Assembly (NCBI GenBank): GCA_024679065.1
Contig: JAGIQG010000015.1
Location: 77,562,001 to 77,626,000, forward strand
Length of the DNA: 64,000 nt
Origin: Sphyrna mokarran
Taxonomy: Eukaryota
Reading direction: 5' to 3'
Shown here: in pieces, positions 62,794-64,000 of the stretch
Layout: every line of letters starts with the position of its first letter
Position numbering within the stretch: position 1 is the first letter of the stretch
The notes under the pieces: generated by a model
Seen by the model: the letters and a program-made list of their open reading frames with translations, nothing else
Told to the model about the DNA's origin: nothing
Database searches by the model: none
Position numbers and translations under genes: made by a program

Positions 62794-64000
62794 CTGGAAT
62801 ATGTACACAAGCGGGGAGGACAATGCAGCCTCCAATCTGATCATATTACTAAGAAGCCTATCCCCGCAGCTATGTTTCTGCTTAAACAACCCCCAGCATT
62901 CGGCTCTGCAATTGCTAAATATTTATTTTTTTACACGCGGCGGAGAATTAGAATGCGGCTCATCAAATGTGCAGTTTTTTTTTCTGTAAACAATAAAAAC
63001 GAAAGGAAACAAGGCTCGGGAAAGAAAGGGGATGTAACGTGTTCTATTTACCGTAAACGCCGACAAAGATTTCTTGCTGCTTCTGAGAAGGAGGAAAAGG
63101 CAAAAGAAAAGTTAGTGGCACCGTGCAGAGGAAAGTTAATATTCTGGAAGGTTGCAGCAGGCAGTCTCCCGAGGGTGGACTATTTACCTGCAGTTAATTC
63201 AAAACACAATTCACCAATAACAAATCCAACCTGAGACTTCTTAGTATCTGGAAGGTGGTGTCTTTTTTAAGGGAGGGAGAGATGGTGGGCTCTCAGTCTC
63301 ACTTAAATTTTAAAACTTAATAAAGAGTGGATTACAGGCTCCATCTGACACTCGGAGGTAAAAATTAATGATCACATCACACGTTAAGTTAAATTCAATA
63401 AAAAAACACAAAAGGACCCACCCAATTCTATTGATAAGCAGAAGTGTAAGCAGGGCGTTAGTACCTATTCTGATATAATATGTGAACATTATGCAAATAT
63501 CCTGGTTATTATCAAAATTCTATGGTTGAAATATTAAGCCAAGCCCTTCACTTGCGTTCTGATCATTTAACACCATCTTCGCTCAGATTAAGGCTGAACC
63601 ACTCACAATTCCGTCCATATCCGTCTTTTAAAAAAACAGCCAGTAAATTCTTTTGTTATCGTTTACGCAGTGGTAACTGTAGAGGCTTGTCGAGGAATAC
63701 AGTGTTCGGGAAATAATCCACATTAAGTAGAATGCAAGAAGTAACGAGATAGCAGGAGATTTGAACAGCAAACGTGTTGCATTTATTTGTTTGCGCCAAG
63801 CCAGCTTTCACCCTCCAACCCCCTTCCCCGAAAATAAACAAGCATTATTAAACACGGTTCTGCAAAATGTTATGGCTAACCTTTCAAACTTTGATCCCCG
63901 AAATGTTTTGCCAGGATCAAACTTAAATCATTCACTTACGCCGAGACGGTGGGAGTTCTTTACAATCGAATCTTGTGTCGGAATTATTTTAAAATTATTA

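Noticed and set aside
60524-62840. Long ORFs (646, 517, 473, 274 aa) with Cys-rich SGSCL, WVLSV or RQTGP repeats, resembling keratin-associated proteins
   Set aside because: They are translations of an A-less 15-mer array that is almost stop-free in several frames on both strands. There is no gene structure or unique domain.

Overview
This is eukaryotic vertebrate DNA, almost certainly a shark or other elasmobranch, judged from its HE1/V-SINE, CR1, Rex1/Babar, Penelope and DeuSINE-like repeats. The window holds the 3' half of the TALE-homeobox gene MEIS2 on the + strand. The exons are: two homeodomain exons (13555-13631; 46733-46791, with a non-canonical GC donor); an exon with two acceptors 21 nt apart (50168/50189-50278); a 96-nt stop-containing cassette exon (50580-50675); and the terminal exon (CDS 52979-53265, poly(A) signal at 54339). 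The rest is large introns full of SINE/LINE/MITE remnants, interleaved with repeat-free, motif-dense blocks that look like conserved enhancers. There is also a 243-nt assembly gap, a CpG-retaining region downstream of the gene, and a ~2.3 kb 15-mer minisatellite. Nearly all ORFs in the supplied track are spurious. The most notable observations: (1) reading through the GC donor gives a 29-codon frame that lines up with an alternative MEIS1 C-terminus as I recall it, interrupted by one TGA; (2) a fold-back Penelope remnant carries a minimal hammerhead ribozyme core in the sense strand of an intron; (3) a miR-204 seed site is placed so that it may act on only one isoform class; (4) there are many PBX-HOX/MEIS composite sites, suggesting autoregulation. 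No prokaryotic-type system is present. Enhancer calls and repeat family names come from pattern recognition, not from database searches.
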